Shown piece by piece: positions 60,407-63,563 of a DNA stretch of 63,563 nucleotides. The stretch comes from Craspedostauros australis (lineage: Eukaryota): contig JALAGF010001691.1 of assembly GCA_030167865.1 (NCBI GenBank), forward strand, positions 1 to 63,563. Reading direction: 5' to 3'. Within the stretch, counting starts at the first letter, position 1; every line of letters begins with the position of its first letter. Position numbers and translations under genes: made by a program. The notes below the pieces were generated by a model that did no database searches, was not told the origin of the DNA, and saw only the letters and a list, made by a program, of their open reading frames with translations.

Positions 60407-62188
60407 TGTGTTGCCAACAGTATCCTTGAGTCTGCTGCTGCTTTGGCGCGCTTCTTGATGAATGTTAATGTGAGAGGATGACAGAGGAGCAAGACAGAGC
60501 TGCGGTACGATGCGGTCTGCCGATTGACCTGTTCCAATTCGTGCTGCTCTGCTGACTTCACGGATACTGGCTGGCTATGATCACGCCTCCCCCGATGGTG
60601 GCGTCTATTTGGTTAGTCTTGTCTTGCTTCATGAGCAATGGGCCTTGTGGACGTTGCATCTCTTGCAGCTGATCGTCGTTAATGTTGGCGAGCAACCACC
60701 ACGCAGTGGTTTTGGCTTCTTCAGTGGTGACAGGAAAAATAGTCGTTGCTGGTCGTCTGCAACGAAAGATTAGCGCCCTGCCGTACTGCGCGATGCGACG
60801 CGCCAAAATGTGGACCGCGTGACTCTCCCACTCTTCGAACATGTCGTATGCGACATTACAAAGACCCGATTGCAATAGCCATTCGGGTCTCGCTTCCGAT
60901 CCGCCAATAAAATGTAGCATTCGCTTGTCCGTGACAGGCGAAATCCTCGTCAGCAAAGCACGAATACCAACTGAAGAGATCGTGGAAACCTCCGAATCAT
61001 GGATGTTCGCCTCGACAAATCGTCTCCGGTCTTCTTCGTTGTTGTCATTTTCGCCACGCCGTGATGGCCACAATCATGCGCATCCCGCTTCCAATCGCAA
61101 GCTGATCCTCCATCCTCGTGTACGCCATGGTACACCAACAATGAAGTTGGGATGCGAGGAGGGAGGCCAAGAGATCGAAAGGGGAAGGAGAACAACAAAC
61201 GGCGTGTGTCAATTGCATGAAATCACCACTGTGCTAGTACGCATCCGCACAGTAGCACAGTGGTATTTTCATGCTATTGACAGTGTCCAAGCAAGAATCC
61301 CTCCGATGCATTCGTTCACATCCGTACAGTGTTGTTCGGCGGAGTGTACAATCGTTCAATCAATGGCGCGGACCGTTCGTGCATTCAGTGTGTGGAACAA
61401 AGGTGATGGCAACCGTTTCGCATTCCTTTCTGCGGAAGCCGTTGTGTGTACGAGCTGCTCAACCCAACTTTGCCAAAGATGGCATTGGCGAACTCCGGAT
61501 GAAGCAACGATCGCTACGAGTGTGTATGATGGAAGCGTGAGACAGTGCACTGTCAATCTACTCCGCACATGCGTCTGCTGTTCATGCTATCCCACGCGAA
61601 TCTCGGAATGTGCAATTGTCTCATGACGACGAGTATGTGCATGGGATGAGGCATCACACATGGTGGGAACAGAGCTCGATCCGCTCAGTACGAAGCATCG
61701 TTGATCAGATTGTCATGTATTTGGTGCATATCAGTCGCATGCAGTACTTCCTGAAGTACCCGGTGTTTGGAACGCACTGCTGCCATTACTGCATGCGAAA
61801 GGGCTGCTCTATTTGGTGTCAAACCTACTCGTCCTTGATTCCATGAACAACGGTCGTCTTCTGATTGCGTAAGATCTATGTATTTACGAGTATGTATCCT
61901 CCTCTTTATGTAATAGCACTGAATTGAATGCTCAAGTCTGCTCGGCGCTTTTTGGTGCTGACTTCGTCGCAACCATGGCATCGAATAGCAGAGTGTGAAG
62001 TGGCATTCCTGCATTGTGTGGCATGAGAGAGACAACCGAAGCGGTGTCGTTGTACCATGCTGTCTACTCTGAGTCCGTGCTGCGTCCCGTTGTCGTTCCT
62101 TGTCTTGTCTGTCTCTTTGTCATTGATGCTCCTCGTGTCTCGTTCTGAGGTCTTCTTGAGAGACACGACACTGTCTTGTTTGCTTGCA

Positions 62189-63136
62189 TCACCTCGACGA
62201 CGAGGACACGCTGCTTATCTGTTGCAGGTCCTCGCGGTATATCTGCTCGGCCACTGCCGCATCGCCTTCCCCGAATAACCTGGCGAACTTGCGGGCATGC
62301 TGTGACATGTACACAGACTTCGCGCTGAGCATCCGTTGCTTCACGGCAGGGTCCACGTTCGGAGGGAAGTGAGACTGTGTTTCCAGCAGGTGCTTCACGA
62401 ACCCTCCCCTGCTTTGGTACGTGGTGGGGAATATGAACGGCTCCAGTCCCCTCACCGACGCCTTCGCAAGGATCGAAGCGATTGATGTCAGCTCGCGGTC
62501 GAGATTCGTTCCGTTGCTCATGTCGTGGACCTTGTCGTACAGTGTGAGGTAGCTTGTGATGTAAGGCCTCCTTCTTTCGCAGTAGAACTTGGCAGCCTTC
62601 ATGGCGATGATGCATGTGCGTTCGATGTCCTTGTCCGACCACCATCTGGCAGACTTCTCAGACAACGACAAGCCCACCAGCATGGTGGTGATGTCCGGTG
62701 CTGTGCAGCTGGTTGCCTCCTTGGCATCCACCATGGCGTTGGTCGAATAGCATCCCATCATTGCCTGGTTCTGATAGTGATAGCGATAATGTTGCTCCAG
62801 CTTGTACTTCTGCACTGTCTTCGAGTCTGAAGACGACGACGATGACAGCGATGGGCCGACCTCATCTGCAAAACGCACCCTTCGTATCCCACCGTACATG
62901 ATACTGTGAGAGGGTTCGATGGCGTTCGGCTTTTGCGGCAAGCAAAGGCGCGGCGCAACCACGCACTGTGGGTACCTCGGGCTGAGGCAACTGATGGTTT
63001 CGATCATCGTCAACTTGATGGGCGCGAGCGCAGGCATCTGTTGTAATGAATGTATGAATGGTGCCGTACGGGATGGATCGATGCCAACGTCGGCGGTCTT
63101 CTGTTCTTGCTGCCCAACAATGTTTGTCGATGTCAA
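62189..63136 (-). CDS. Diatom-type family protein (paralogue of 58784..60406)
   Basis: 315-aa ORF with RRVRFAD..RWWSDKDIE..VRGLEPF..FVKHLLETQ..FARLFGEGDA. Confidence 0.8.
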   Translation of the reverse strand: MTSTNIVGQQEQKTADVGIDPSRTAPFIHSLQQMPALAPIKLTMIETISCLSPRYPQCVVAPRLCLPQKPNAIEPSHSIMYGGIRRVRFADEVGPSLSSSSSSDSKTVQKYKLEQHYRYHYQNQAMMGCYSTNAMVDAKEATSCTAPDITTMLVGLSLSEKSARWWSDKDIERTCIIAMKAAKFYCERRRPYITSYLTLYDKVHDMSNGTNLDRELTSIASILAKASVRGLEPFIFPTTYQSRGGFVKHLLETQSHFPPNVDPAVKQRMLSAKSVYMSQHARKFARLFGEGDAAVAEQIYREDLQQISSVSSSSR

Positions 63137-63563
63137 CAGCGTTGTGGATGTGAGGAAACGTTGTTGATTGCAGAAAGCGTCAATTTGAAAAGTGATGTTT
63201 TACACGATGGCGCACTCGTCTTTCCTCCTGTTGATGTGGATGTGGATGTTGACGTTAATGGCGATGGTGGCAATGGTGTTGGTGTTGGTGTTGTTGACGG
63301 TGTGATGTTGTTGATGTTGCTGATGTTGCTGCTGATGATGTCTCTTGAGTTGTGTTGGAGGCAATTGAGGTTGGGCGGAGGGAAGAGGTGGCATGGCACG
63401 TGTGTTTGTGTGTGTGACACGTAGAGCCGGTAGGATGGTGTGCGTGTGACAGAAAGTGGGCGTGTGCGTTGCTGTGGTCTTCCTTTTCCGCGATCAGTCT
63501 TGCGGAAAGATGATCGCCAACAGGTTCGTCCGGCGCGCTGCTGTTCGGGTTGCAATTGATAGA

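Noticed and set aside
60558-61073. 171-aa minus-strand ORF between the two family paralogues
   Set aside because: Non-ATG start, no motifs and no coding-type codon bias; could be a relic but cannot be supported.
1-63563. tRNA, rRNA, CRISPR arrays or intact transposons
   Set aside because: The GGTTCGA-like hits I checked lack cloverleaf context. I saw no spaced direct repeats and no RT, integrase or transposase motifs.

Overview
Eukaryotic nuclear DNA, most likely from a pennate diatom. Evidence: GT-AG introns of about 90-870 nt, bipartite signal peptide + 'AF' plastid-targeting presequences, diatom-style orphan families and many microsatellites. About 20 protein-coding genes can be supported. 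They include a fibrillin/PAP protein, an IQ-motif coiled-coil protein, a head-to-head pair of Tweety-like 5-TM paralogues, GINS Psf1, Rtf2, a GT10 fucosyltransferase, a plastid PPR protein, a cullin, a plastid protein of unknown function, a plastid methyltransferase, a 6-exon tandem HMG-box protein, a Qb-SNARE, the glycine decarboxylase P protein, a possible Tti2-like protein and two members of a diatom-type family. The most interesting signal is missed by the ORF track: a spliced, apparently plastid-targeted methionine sulfoxide reductase A (37836..37009, minus strand) whose catalytic GCFW cysteine codon is an in-frame TGA (selenocysteine). About 75 nt into its 3' UTR is a SECIS-like hairpin with non-canonical apical geometry. 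Other observations: an ATG-only first exon, a 12-nt terminal exon, and a CpG-depleted relic island. All gene models were spliced by eye; no database searches or folding programs were run.
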